Assembly: GCA_021791245.1 (NCBI GenBank)
Contig: JAJYWY010000003.1
Coordinates: 1 to 62,446, forward strand
Source: Candidatus Micrarchaeota archaeon
GTDB lineage: Archaea > Micrarchaeota > Micrarchaeia > Micrarchaeales > CABMGC01
Direction of reading: 5' to 3'
DNA: 62,446 nt
In this document: in pieces, positions 1 to 8,815 of the stretch
Layout: every line of letters begins with the position of its first letter
Numbering within the stretch: the first letter of the stretch is position 1
Translations under genes and position numbers: made by a program
The notes under the pieces: generated by a model
The model's input: only the letters and a program-made list of their open reading frames with translations
Told to the model about the DNA's origin: nothing
Database searches by the model: none

Positions 1-480
1 GATTGCCACCAATTCTTCATTCGAATACTTCAATATGTTGTTTAATGCGCCTGCTTTGAACCCTTCTCTCTTTGCCCTATGGGTAAATATTATACCATTC
101 TTCTCCGAAAATTTCCTAAGTTCTTCGGTTATCTCCGGGTTTGTGGAATCTTCAGCAAGATAGAACCTTATCTTGTTTTTCGGGTATTCTAGCGTTTTTA
201 GCCTGATCAGGTTTTTCTTTACCATATTTGCATCTTCATTGTAGGATGGAACTACAACAGCAACAGTAGGCAATCTCTTAAGGGGCATAAGATTCTTCTC
301 TATCCCATTAAGGTATTTCCAGTAGAAATAGGATTTGTAGTACCATATTGCGGATTGTATATTGAAGAAGCCAGCTACAATAGAGAGTGCTAAAAACACC
401 ACGGCGATTGCAAATGTGTATGCGCTGTTTGATACGTAGAAAAGATATGCATCAAATCCAAAGCTGGCAATAGACAGCAT
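1..480 (-). CDS. family 2 glycosyltransferase (membrane-anchored); 3' end runs off the window
   Basis: Absent from the ORF track because there is no stop in the window. My minus-strand translation from ATG 480-478 gives MLSIASFGFDAYLFYVSNSAYTFAIAVVFLALSIVAGFFN (2 TM), then LPTVAVVVPSYNEDANMVKKNLIRLKTLEYPKNKIRFYLAEDSTN. This is the GT2 VxxPxYNE and acidic DxS-type N-terminal signature. The frame stays open to position 1. Confidence 0.7.
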   Translation of the reverse strand, partial: MLSIASFGFDAYLFYVSNSAYTFAIAVVFLALSIVAGFFNIQSAIWYYKSYFYWKYLNGIEKNLMPLKRLPTVAVVVPSYNEDANMVKKNLIRLKTLEYPKNKIRFYLAEDSTNPEITEELRKFSEKNGIIFTHRAKREGFKAGALNNILKYSNEELVAI

Positions 481-624
481 TATGAATATAAGCATTGTGA
501 AGAGCCTTATCCCGTGTTCTCTGTTCAAAAATAGCTTAACATCAGGCATTATATCAGCAACATATAAACATACGTTTTTAATCTGTCGCCAACTAATAAA
601 AAGATTACTAAGCGCCGGAGGTTT

Positions 625-762
625 GCCGGGGTGGCAGAATCAGGTAATGCGCCAGCACGCAAGTGGCGAAACTCGAGATCTGGTTGCCCGGAAGGGCATT
701 CTGGGTTCAAATAAGTTTCCTGGTGATAAAATCGGGAAGTTTGGGAAATCCCAGCTCCGGCG
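625..762 (+). tRNA. tRNA-Ser(CGA), class II, with two putative introns at non-canonical positions
   Basis: Hand fold. Acceptor GCCGGGG (625-631) pairs with CTCCGGC (755-761) with one G-U; discriminator G762; T632 as U8. The D stem is the 3-bp class-II type GCA/TGC. The anticodon stem is CCAG(652-655)+A671 paired to TCTGG(679-683). The loop CTCGAGA (672-678) has U33 and anticodon CGA. The long variable arm is TGCCC-GGAA-GGGCA (685-698). The T arm is CTGGG-TTCAAAT ... CCCAG (701-712, 750-754). The fold requires excision of about 15 nt (656-670) and about 37 nt (713-749). The mature length is about 86 nt. Confidence 0.6.
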
Positions 763-785
763 TTTACTTTCAATCGGCGGCATCA

Positions 786-2036
786 TTAAATGTTTAGTTC
801 CTGGGCTATGTCGCTTATCTCGATGCTTTTATTTTTTGTGATCTCCCTAATAAAAATAGTTGCATAAGAGCCTGCTGGCAGCGAGAACGACATTTTCACA
901 AGCTTGTCTTCAGTTTCACATCTGATATCATTGACCTTTGATAGGCATGCCCTGAAAGCGCCTTTCATGCTTAATTCAGGGATACCCTTTATCTTAAATG
1001 CATCTTTTGTTATACCAATAGCATCAAGAAGCTCTTTTTCCCTATCTGTAATAGTTCCATCATCTGTCTCATAGCCTATAAGAGGCAGGACAGGAATCCC
1101 TTTCTTCTCTGCTGATACAGAACCCATATCCTGAAATCCGTACGAATTTTCTCCACACCATATTTTTATTCCGTAGAATTCGTTCTTTATCATGTATTCC
1201 AGCGACGCATTGAAGATTGCATCCTCAACAGAATGTATAAACATGAGCGTTAGACCCCTTGGAAGCATGCGCAGGGCATTAGCAAAGTTATCCGGGTATC
1301 TTGCAAGATAATCTATAACCTGCCTCTCATACCTGAGATATTTAGGGAAGTAGCCCCTTGCAGCGGAAAAGTCCATGTTGTCTAGAAGACGCCCCCTGGC
1401 TTCAACTGCTTCAGCATCTCTTTCATTCTTGGTGTCGGTCAGAAAGCTAATTGCAGCCTCTTTGTATTCCCCTTTTAGGAGGTGCAGCCCTATTGAAACA
1501 TTATTCTGCCTGATTCCGAACCTCTGTGCGTCGAAGTAATTTGGCATGCTCCCTCCCAGTGCATCAATCGTCTTATGTGCCGCTTCTGGATCTTCTGCAT
1601 CCGTTATAACTATCTTGAAATGGTTTCCAATGAGTGATCCAAGCCTTACCTGCTCATTGGACAGCCATGCGCAGTTTATGCGGATATCACGTATCGCCAC
1701 TTTATTCAGATCCTCTGGCTTTATTCCATATATGCTGGCAAGCTGCGTTGATGTGGAAATCCTGTCCTTCATACCTGCATATGATATGGATTTCCATCCC
1801 CTTCCAAGCCTGTGCGCGATCTCCCTTATTGCTCTAGGCGTATCCCAATTCTTCTTCTCCAGGACAAATCTTGTAAATTTTCCTTCCGGATCCTCAGCCT
1901 CCCCCAATTCCCCAGGCGTGAATCTTCTGCCTATTGAGAGTATTCTGCCCCTTTCAGTTATCTCTTCAACTTCAAAGTCTTCAGAAGAGGCTTTTATAGC
2001 TCCCCCAGTGCCTCTTGTCTTTGATAGCATAATCAT
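786..2036 (-). CDS. truD: tRNA pseudouridine synthase TruD/Pus7 family
   Basis: ORF 786..2279. The recognisable protein begins MIMLSKTRGTGGAIKASSEDFEVEEI (TruD N-terminal GxGG..EDFxVxE) and contains YAGMKDRISTSTQ (GxKD catalytic Asp motif). I trimmed the start to ATG 2036 because the upstream 81 codons are hydrophobic junk overlapping the divergent aIF2-beta gene. Confidence 0.85.
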   Translation of the reverse strand: MIMLSKTRGTGGAIKASSEDFEVEEITERGRILSIGRRFTPGELGEAEDPEGKFTRFVLEKKNWDTPRAIREIAHRLGRGWKSISYAGMKDRISTSTQLASIYGIKPEDLNKVAIRDIRINCAWLSNEQVRLGSLIGNHFKIVITDAEDPEAAHKTIDALGGSMPNYFDAQRFGIRQNNVSIGLHLLKGEYKEAAISFLTDTKNERDAEAVEARGRLLDNMDFSAARGYFPKYLRYERQVIDYLARYPDNFANALRMLPRGLTLMFIHSVEDAIFNASLEYMIKNEFYGIKIWCGENSYGFQDMGSVSAEKKGIPVLPLIGYETDDGTITDREKELLDAIGITKDAFKIKGIPELSMKGAFRACLSKVNDIRCETEDKLVKMSFSLPAGSYATIFIREITKNKSIEISDIAQELNI

Positions 2037-2085
2037 AAAAATCCAAGGATATGATGAATGGATAGAGATATATATTATAAAGGCG

Positions 2086-2526
2086 ATGATTATTGCTGTG
2101 ATATTTTTGGCAACAGATGCGGAATATGAAAAGCTCATTGATAGCGCATTTAAGAGCATGCCTAACCTGAGCGAGGAGAACATAGATTTTAGGATACCTG
2201 AGGCGGATTCCATAGTGCAGGGAAGCAAGACATTGCTTAGGAACTTTTCGCAGATAGCAGAGGTTGCAAGAAGGGACAAAAAAGAGCTGATGAACTATCT
2301 TACAAAGGAGCTTGGCGCACACCTAATACTCGATGAGGGAAGGCTCGTGATAAGCGGAAAGGTCAATGCGGAAGAGCTGAATTTAAAAATAAAAAAGTTC
2401 TTTGAAATGTATGTGATATGCAAGGAGTGCAACAAGCCAGATACCCATACCGAATCCGTGGAAAGGGGCTTCGCCACAATAGTGTGCGAGGCTTGCGGCG
2501 CAAGATATTCTGTCAAATATTATTAG
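2086..2526 (+). CDS. translation initiation factor aIF2 beta subunit
   Basis: This is the C-terminal part of ORF 1546..2526: DAEYEKLIDSAFKSMP...RIPEADSIVQGSKTLLRNF...YVICKECNKPDTHTESVERGFATIVCEACGARYSV (C4 zinc ribbon). ATG is at 2086. An in-frame TTG at 2107 would give (M)ATDAEYEKL and lies about 25 nt after the TATA-like atatatattataaa (2066-2080), so it may be the true leaderless start. Confidence 0.9.
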   Translation: MIIAVIFLATDAEYEKLIDSAFKSMPNLSEENIDFRIPEADSIVQGSKTLLRNFSQIAEVARRDKKELMNYLTKELGAHLILDEGRLVISGKVNAEELNLKIKKFFEMYVICKECNKPDTHTESVERGFATIVCEACGARYSVKYY

Positions 2527-2533
2527 TGTTTTT

Positions 2534-2827
2534 ATGTTCAGTAAAAAGATTTTAGTTCCCCAGGAAAGCCCTATGCCTAAGGAAGGGGAAATTGTAGGCA
2601 CAGTTGCGAAGAGCCTTGGCGCCGCTAAATTCCTTGTTGACTGCGAGGATAAGAACGAGAGGGTTTGCAGCATACCAGGAAGGCTAAAGAGAAGATTCTG
2701 GATAAAGGAGAAGGACGTAGTTCTTGTCAAGCCATGGGAAGCACAACCAGATAAGAGAGGGGACATCCTATGGAGATACAGCATGATGGACAAAGAAAAA
2801 CTCAGAAGCAAAGGCTTCCTGCATTAA
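2534..2827 (+). CDS. eif1A: translation initiation factor aIF1A
   Basis: 97 aa: EGEIVGTVAKSLGAAKFLVDCEDKNERVCSIPGRLKRRFWIKEKDVVLVKPWE..KRGDILWRY. This is the S1-like OB fold signature of aIF1A/eIF1A. Confidence 0.9.
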   Translation: MFSKKILVPQESPMPKEGEIVGTVAKSLGAAKFLVDCEDKNERVCSIPGRLKRRFWIKEKDVVLVKPWEAQPDKRGDILWRYSMMDKEKLRSKGFLH

Positions 2828-2850
2828 TGGCGCTATTTAGCTGCCTTCCC

Positions 2851-3537
2851 TTACATATGCCTTTCAAGCCCGCGCTGTTCTTCTAATTTATTAGATTCTC
2901 TTATTTGCCTTGCAAGATTTCTCTCGGCATCTTTCCTTATGCCCCCTTTTCTCAGCAGTTCTTCCAAACGCCTGCTTATCATCCCCTTTGCCCGCGCATC
3001 AACGAATGTCTCCCTGAGCAGCTTTCCGTATGCCCCTATATCTGGGTGCCAGAATGCCCCCCCAATAATCTTAATGGAAGAAAGTGCGCTGATTGCTTCG
3101 CGCCTTTGCATTTCAGGGGACTTTTTTATAGGATACGGGATAGCCCATAGCTCATCGACCATCTTTCCCTTATTATTGCCATATCCCATGCCCCCCCTAA
3201 TTTTGGAATACTCCTTCTCATTCACCTGATATGCGAGAACTATATAGAAATTGTAATAATCCTTTATCGCCTCTAATTTTCTGCAGTATTTTGTATCCTT
3301 ATTTGTATGCCATTCTATTAGGACCTGCCTGCCTCCTATGAATATCGATGTGACGAAATCAGGAAGGTATGACTTTTCGCTGTGCGCTATCCTGAAATGG
3401 CATGGCTCATACCATGAAGTTATATTCTTCTTTAATAGCATCCCTTTCAGAAGTTCTTCCCTATTGTTCTGGGTCTTTGTATTTTTATCAATAGCGCTAA
3501 GCAAACCCCCATCCGCTCTTTTTTTCTCCCCACGCAT
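2851..3537 (-). CDS. hypothetical protein (possible PD-(D/E)xK-like core, weak)
   Basis: 228-aa ORF. The segment SYLPDFVTSIFIGGRQVLIEWHTNKD resembles a D...ExK-type nuclease core, but the Lys position is not canonical. The C-terminal tail is basic and helical. Confidence 0.45.
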   Translation of the reverse strand: MRGEKKRADGGLLSAIDKNTKTQNNREELLKGMLLKKNITSWYEPCHFRIAHSEKSYLPDFVTSIFIGGRQVLIEWHTNKDTKYCRKLEAIKDYYNFYIVLAYQVNEKEYSKIRGGMGYGNNKGKMVDELWAIPYPIKKSPEMQRREAISALSSIKIIGGAFWHPDIGAYGKLLRETFVDARAKGMISRRLEELLRKGGIRKDAERNLARQIRESNKLEEQRGLERHM

Positions 3538-3585
3538 AATTACTAATTGATTAATTCTGCTAAAAGCCTTTTCTACAAACTTTCC

Positions 3586-4347
3586 CTATGATATTATTCT
3601 TGAGATTTCTGCCTTTGCATCCTTAATTATTCCGTATTTATCCATGAAGTAATTAAGTATATTATTCACGTCCCTCGTTACGAATTCTCCGGAGCTTGGG
3701 TGTTTCGATAGTACGGCCTGTCCGAAATCTATGAGGTAAGGGGTTTCTCCATTGCCTATAAGGATATTGTATTCGCTGATATCTGCATGCACCAGCCCGT
3801 TCCCGTAAAGCTTTTTTATGTCGGAAAGTATTGCCCCCAGCACTTTCTCAGGATTCCCCAGCGTTGATCTTTTGAGCAGCGGTGCAGGGGCCCCGTTATT
3901 CTCTATGAATTCCATTGCCAGTATATTCTTGCTGAACGCGTATGGCTTCGGCGCATGGACTCCTGCCTCTTCGGCCATCTTAAGATTTCCGTATTCCTTT
4001 TTGCACCATTCATTTACAACAGCATAAATGCCCTTTTTTATCAATTTGAACCGCGGGTCGCCCGCCATGTACTTGCTCCTCTTTTTGAAGCTTGACGTTT
4101 CCATCTTGAATATCTTTACGGCTACGAAATCCTTCCTTATGGCTGCGCCAGAATCCGCAAGATACACGCTGGATTCTTTTCCATTGCCTATTATAAAATC
4201 TAACTTTTCTATTATCTCCTTTGTAAATAGTTTCCTGAGCGCCAGCATTGTGCGCATGTCAAACACCCCGTCCTCTATCTTCAGCGCTTCCTTGAGCATA
4301 TAGTCATCGCGCGAGGGCCTTTTCCTTTTGCTTACCATGCGTGACAC
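3586..4347 (-). CDS. rio1: RIO-type serine/threonine protein kinase (Rio1-like, no N-terminal wHTH)
   Basis: Contains GNGKESSVYLA (P-loop-like STGKEAxVY), VAVKIFK, LVHADISEYNILI (catalytic loop) and YLIDFGQAV (metal-binding DFGQ). Confidence 0.9.
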   Translation of the reverse strand: MSRMVSKRKRPSRDDYMLKEALKIEDGVFDMRTMLALRKLFTKEIIEKLDFIIGNGKESSVYLADSGAAIRKDFVAVKIFKMETSSFKKRSKYMAGDPRFKLIKKGIYAVVNEWCKKEYGNLKMAEEAGVHAPKPYAFSKNILAMEFIENNGAPAPLLKRSTLGNPEKVLGAILSDIKKLYGNGLVHADISEYNILIGNGETPYLIDFGQAVLSKHPSSGEFVTRDVNNILNYFMDKYGIIKDAKAEISRIIS

Positions 4348-4417
4348 ATAATCGCCATCTATAAATACTGTTTAAACAAATATTATTTACAGTTTCTTTG
4401 CAATTAATACTGGTGCT

Positions 4418-5077
4418 ATGGCTAATATAAAGGTTATAATAGACAGCAGGGAGCGCAATCCTGAGGTAATATCCGGGCTTGAAGGATTAAATGTAGAGCT
4501 AGAGTTCCGCACCATGCCTGTGGGAGACTACATAGTATCTGATAGGATATGCATAGAAAGGAAGACGTATTCAGATTTTGCAGGCTCTATAATCAATTCC
4601 AGAATATTCGACCAGGCGGAAAGGATGAAGGAGAGCTTCGAGAAGCCGATGCTGCTGATAGAGGATGACGGGGAAGGCTTCCGCCTCTCGAAAAACGCCA
4701 TAATCGGCGCGGTAATGAAAATGTATACCGAATACAACATGCAGGTTCTCTTCTCCGGATCTCCGGAAGAAAGTGCATTGATAATCTCAAAGATAGCTGA
4801 GAGGGAACAGGAAGGGAAGGAAAGGGAGCCGAGGCTTGTAGGGATAAAGAAGGCATATACGGACTATGAATGGCAGCTTCTTATATTGTCATCTATGCCT
4901 GGTGTAGGTGCAAAGATAGCAAAGGACATGCTTTCGCAATTTGGAAGCATAAAGCTTGTGGCCAATGCAGGAGTTGATGAGCTCATGAAAGTCGACAATA
5001 TAGGGAGGAAGAAAGCGCACAGAATATACTCTCTCCTCAATGCAGATGCAAAGCAGAACAACTCATATTTATATTGA
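4418..5077 (+). CDS. xpf: XPF/Hef-type ERCC4 nuclease (short form, nuclease + (HhH)2)
   Basis: VIIDSRERNPE...PVGDYIVSDRICIERKTYSDFAGSIINSRIFDQ is the ERCC4 GDxnERKx3D motif. The C-terminus SMPGVGAKIAKDMLSQFGSIKLVANAGVDELMKVDNIGRKKA is a tandem helix-hairpin-helix. Confidence 0.9.
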   Translation: MANIKVIIDSRERNPEVISGLEGLNVELEFRTMPVGDYIVSDRICIERKTYSDFAGSIINSRIFDQAERMKESFEKPMLLIEDDGEGFRLSKNAIIGAVMKMYTEYNMQVLFSGSPEESALIISKIAEREQEGKEREPRLVGIKKAYTDYEWQLLILSSMPGVGAKIAKDMLSQFGSIKLVANAGVDELMKVDNIGRKKAHRIYSLLNADAKQNNSYLY

Positions 5078-5098
5078 GCACTTCAAATATACCCTCTA

Positions 5099-5743
5099 AT
5101 GGAAATAGTCCACAAATTCTCTGACGCGCTATTCACCGGCGGGGAACAGACAATACTTTCACAGTGCGCAAAGATGATAAGCATAGCTTTGGAGACGAAC
5201 GGCGCGCTGCTGTCGTTCCTGAACGGAGAGGAGGGCATAGGCAGGATAAGGGAGCTGGAAAAGAGGTCGGACAAGGAGAAATTCAGGATATCTAACGCAA
5301 TAACCACAGGAGCAATAGCCCCAAACATTATAGACAAGATACTCGCTCTGCTCGACCAGCAGGATAACATAATAAACTCCATGTACAACCTTGCAAGGGA
5401 AATTAGGAGGTATAAGGTAAAGAGCGCAAGGCTTGAGAAGACGATAATAAACAAGCTTATAGATATAAACGGCCTTGCGGAGTCTGCGCTAAAGGCTCTC
5501 CGCGACATGTACCGCGAAGACGACCTTTACAAGATACGCGACCTTAGGGAGATAGTAGAAGATTTCGAGGAGGCAGGGGACGAGATAAAGGAAGCCCTTC
5601 TGGATTATGCATATTCCGGAAAGGTGAACTTCAAGGACTTTTACCACCTGATGGAGACCGCGCACCGCGCAGATGACATATTAGACTACTGCGAGGACTC
5701 ATCCGACACGCTCATGACGATAATGTCTTCTATAATCTCATAA
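5099..5743 (+). CDS. DUF47/PhoU-like phosphate-transport regulator family protein
   Basis: 214-aa all-helical protein immediately upstream of a PiT transporter. The DUF47-PiT pairing is a well-known gene pair. The call rests on context plus overall pattern. Confidence 0.6.
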   Translation: MEIVHKFSDALFTGGEQTILSQCAKMISIALETNGALLSFLNGEEGIGRIRELEKRSDKEKFRISNAITTGAIAPNIIDKILALLDQQDNIINSMYNLAREIRRYKVKSARLEKTIINKLIDINGLAESALKALRDMYREDDLYKIRDLREIVEDFEEAGDEIKEALLDYAYSGKVNFKDFYHLMETAHRADDILDYCEDSSDTLMTIMSSIIS

Positions 5744-6043
5744 GATTCTCCCACGCGTTAAAACGTGGGCTTACAAATGTGATTCAATGAAAACCGCAAA
5801 TATAAGCCCCCATCCATCTGCATTGCATGCAACTGCCGATTCTGCAGTCGTAGAAGGGAATGCGTTTGGAGGCGCGCCTTCTCCTTCTAGAAACAGCCCA
5901 TTTCCGAATATTTGTTGGTTGATGCTATGAAAAAAGATACATGCACGCATGGCTCGCTTCCGCTCCACTTTTCAAATCCTGGGTTTTCCTGCCAGGAAAT
6001 TGCAAACCGTGCAGGCTTCCCTGTGGGGATTAGGTGATGCCAT

Positions 6044-6961
6044 TTGCTTGACTTAATAATATTCTTCCTGTCATTCATCCTCATAGCGCTAGTAGCAGGC
6101 AACAACCTTTCCGCATGCTCTGGCGCGATAATATCTGGTAGGGCGGTATCGAAGAGATTCGGTATACTGTTGACAGTCGCGGGATATATACTCGGGCTTG
6201 TGATGCAAGGGCAGATACTTAAAGGTGGCATCTATGCGCTTCTTCCAAACTCTTCGCCGCTTGCAGTTGCGGTGGCGCTTTCCATAGGGGTAATAGTATT
6301 CATATATTCGCATATTAAGAAAGTGCCGCAGTCATTGTCAATGACCTTTTCGAGCGCAATACTGGGCATCAGCATCGCAAGCGGTTTCAAGACAAACCTG
6401 ACGTTTCTTCTCTCGATGTCTTCATTCTGGGTGCTGGCGCCGATAGTCTCCATAATACTTGTGCTGTTCATGATGAGGATATCAAACCATTTGGTCAACA
6501 AGAGGCACATATGGAAAACAGTAGGCAGGATAAGGCTGCTTTTGATAATCGTCTCATTTTTCACCGCATTCACCCTGGGCGCTAACACCATGGGGCTTCT
6601 CTATTCTTCGCTCCCAAGCAGCGTATACAACCTTCCAATAGCGATATCTGGGATAATAATAGGCAGCTTCCTGCTCAGTGGCAGGGAACTAAAGAGAATA
6701 AGCAGCGACATAATAACGATAAGATACCTTAATTCGCTCAACTCTCAGTTTGCATCCACGCTTATTGTGGAGATTGCAACGCTATTCGGCATCCCGCTAT
6801 CCAACACGCAGATATTCACCACTAGCATATACGGGGCAGGATTAAGCTACAGGAACAGGATAATAAAGAAGAAACCCGCCAAGGAGATAATATATGTATG
6901 GATAGTGATGATACTTGCAAGCATGGCATTGGGATATGTGCTTTTCTCGATCGTATCCTAA
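6044..6961 (+). CDS. pit: inorganic phosphate transporter, PiT (PHO4) family
   Basis: 305-aa polytopic membrane protein with a TTG start. The N-terminal LVAGNNLSAC and later TLGANTMG resemble the duplicated GANDVAN-type PiT signature. The adjacent DUF47 gene supports the call. Confidence 0.7.
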   Translation: MLDLIIFFLSFILIALVAGNNLSACSGAIISGRAVSKRFGILLTVAGYILGLVMQGQILKGGIYALLPNSSPLAVAVALSIGVIVFIYSHIKKVPQSLSMTFSSAILGISIASGFKTNLTFLLSMSSFWVLAPIVSIILVLFMMRISNHLVNKRHIWKTVGRIRLLLIIVSFFTAFTLGANTMGLLYSSLPSSVYNLPIAISGIIIGSFLLSGRELKRISSDIITIRYLNSLNSQFASTLIVEIATLFGIPLSNTQIFTTSIYGAGLSYRNRIIKKKPAKEIIYVWIVMILASMALGYVLFSIVS

Positions 6962-7401
6962 TCGCCAGTGCCAAGGTCTGCAACGTACTTGCTTGAATCA
7001 AAATCAAGAGATATGCTTATCTCCTTGGTTATGACAAGCTTCTCCACACTAGCGAAGTCCTTCGCAGTCTCTTCGTCGTTCGAGAATAATATGCATGTTC
7101 CACGCTTCATCCCTGCCCTTTCTATTGCTTCCCTTATGTTAAGCGTATGCGCAATGAACAGCAATGTCTCTTTCTCTATTGTATTCGCCTTCATGCTGCC
7201 TTCCCTCTTTCTCACAAGCGCATTTACATATGCGGGAACAAGCATATCGAGATACTTGTCGTCATACCTTATAAGCAGCACAATCTTGTCATCCGCGCAT
7301 CTTCTTGCAGCATCGTTCAGCAGCTTCTCTATGTCGCCATCGAACCTGAAGATCAGCGCACATGGCTTGCCTGAAATATCAAAGTTCCCTACATCGCCCA
7401 T
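6958..7401 (-). CDS. cgi121: KEOPS complex subunit Cgi121
   Basis: ANTIEKETLLFIAHTLNIREAIERAGMKRGTCILFSNDEETAKDF follows the archaeal Cgi121 pattern (..E.L...SG.RQI.EAI...G.K.G....L....EET). Size is 147 aa. Confidence 0.65.
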   Translation of the reverse strand: MGDVGNFDISGKPCALIFRFDGDIEKLLNDAARRCADDKIVLLIRYDDKYLDMLVPAYVNALVRKREGSMKANTIEKETLLFIAHTLNIREAIERAGMKRGTCILFSNDEETAKDFASVEKLVITKEISISLDFDSSKYVADLGTGD

Positions 7402-8810
7402 TATATCATGTCTCTTATTACGCCTATTATCTCGCCTATTATCGCATTCCTGTCTGAATCCTCCTTTATCTTTATGCTCCCTGCGCTCATATGCCCCCCG
7501 CCAGATTCTATTCTATCGCTGAGCTTCGCCACCTTGTCTATCACTTCATTTAGGTCTATCCTGCCCCTGAGCCTTTCTCCTATCCTTATAGAGATATATC
7601 TTGAGAACGTAAGTATAAGTATATTGCCCGATTCTCCCAGCCCGTCTATGTAGTCCGACATCCTGGTAGAAAATCTCCCCGGCAGAGGAAACTTGTTGCT
7701 GCTCCCTTCCCTGAGCGCTGAAAAATCCAATACATAAACATATGATTCCCCGATCATGCGCTTTCTCACAATATTCATCGCATGCCTTATCATCTCCTCC
7801 ATTCTGGCATTTGCATACTCTACCAGCTCATTCGCCTTCCCCTTGTCCGATACTATCTTATGTATATCTATGGGGGTGAGACCGCTTTCGTAGCTAGCGA
7901 AAGCTATTGATTTGTCGCTGGTGAGCAAGTCGAGGAGAGTTGCAAGATCCTTGCCGCAGCCCTGCCCTTTTGCATATATGCTATGGTCTCCGAAGAGCGA
8001 TGCTTCTTTTTCGCAATCGTTGTCTATTTCAGCAATGTATCTGCTGAGCTCGCATGTTAGATATCCTGCGGTATAATTAGAGTCGCCCCCGAAATTCCAC
8101 GGGTTTATGTAATGTTGCATATGTGCAAACTTCAGGCTGCCCCTTGGAGGATGATGCTCAAGCCATATTACGTCTGCAGCATCCTTAATCATCTCGTATC
8201 CTTCGTTGCTCTCCTCTGTAGTGCCGAAGTCTATTATCACAAGCAGCGGTTTTTCCACAGACACTGCCCCCAGCAAAGCGCTCAGGTCTTCAAGCGCGTC
8301 CTCCCTTGAATAGGCAACGCTCCTATGCATCTTCCACTTGATCTTAGAGTTATCCGAAAAACCGATTTTTGCGGAAAAGGACCCTATTGCCTTGTAAAGC
8401 GAATATGCACCGCTCGCTCCATCAGCATCGTTGTGGAACCTCACGAACACCGGAGCAGCGCACATCACCTTTTTAGCTATGACTCTTGCGGCTTCCCTGA
8501 TCTTTTTTCCCATCGAATTTGTAATTGCGTCCAATTTCTCATTTCCGCAATCCTTTATCGCCTTTTTTACGGCTATCTTTACGAAAGCATCGATCAATCC
8601 CGAATAGCCGGGATACGCGGATGTGTCTTCCACCTCAACATTCGTTATCACGCCGTTTTGTATCTGCGCATCTACCAAAGACCCTGCATCGAGTACAAAA
8701 TTGCTCCTCAACTGCATTAGGCTGCATCCTTTTCCCTCGATGCAAAGCAGATAATAAGAGCTGTGCCTCTTGTCCGGCCTCTCATCAATCCCGACTATTA
8801 TCCCTTTCAT
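7401..8810 (-). CDS. recJ: DHH-family RecJ/Cdc45-like (GAN-type) phosphoesterase
   Basis: DHH motifs are present: FVRFHNDADGASGA (I), VIIDFG (II), VIWLEHHPP (III) and ESGGGHMSAGSI (GGGH, DHHA1). Confidence 0.8.
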   Translation of the reverse strand: MKGIIVGIDERPDKRHSSYYLLCIEGKGCSLMQLRSNFVLDAGSLVDAQIQNGVITNVEVEDTSAYPGYSGLIDAFVKIAVKKAIKDCGNEKLDAITNSMGKKIREAARVIAKKVMCAAPVFVRFHNDADGASGAYSLYKAIGSFSAKIGFSDNSKIKWKMHRSVAYSREDALEDLSALLGAVSVEKPLLVIIDFGTTEESNEGYEMIKDAADVIWLEHHPPRGSLKFAHMQHYINPWNFGGDSNYTAGYLTCELSRYIAEIDNDCEKEASLFGDHSIYAKGQGCGKDLATLLDLLTSDKSIAFASYESGLTPIDIHKIVSDKGKANELVEYANARMEEMIRHAMNIVRKRMIGESYVYVLDFSALREGSSNKFPLPGRFSTRMSDYIDGLGESGNILILTFSRYISIRIGERLRGRIDLNEVIDKVAKLSDRIESGGGHMSAGSIKIKEDSDRNAIIGEIIGVIRDMI

Positions 8811-8815
8811 TATAT

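Noticed and set aside
482-841. ORFs 482..841 (+) and 549..773 (-).
   Set aside because: Both overlap the tRNA-Ser locus and the TruD 3' end. They have no coding-like composition.
1546-2085. Long N-terminal part of ORF 1546..2526 (+), and the first 81 codons of ORF 786..2279 (-), which overlap each other.
   Set aside because: Only the last ~140 codons of the + ORF look like aIF2-beta. Only the part from MIMLSKTRGTGG of the - ORF looks like TruD. The extensions are hydrophobic, low-information read-through antisense to a real gene, and a TATA-like divergent promoter sits between 2036 and 2086.
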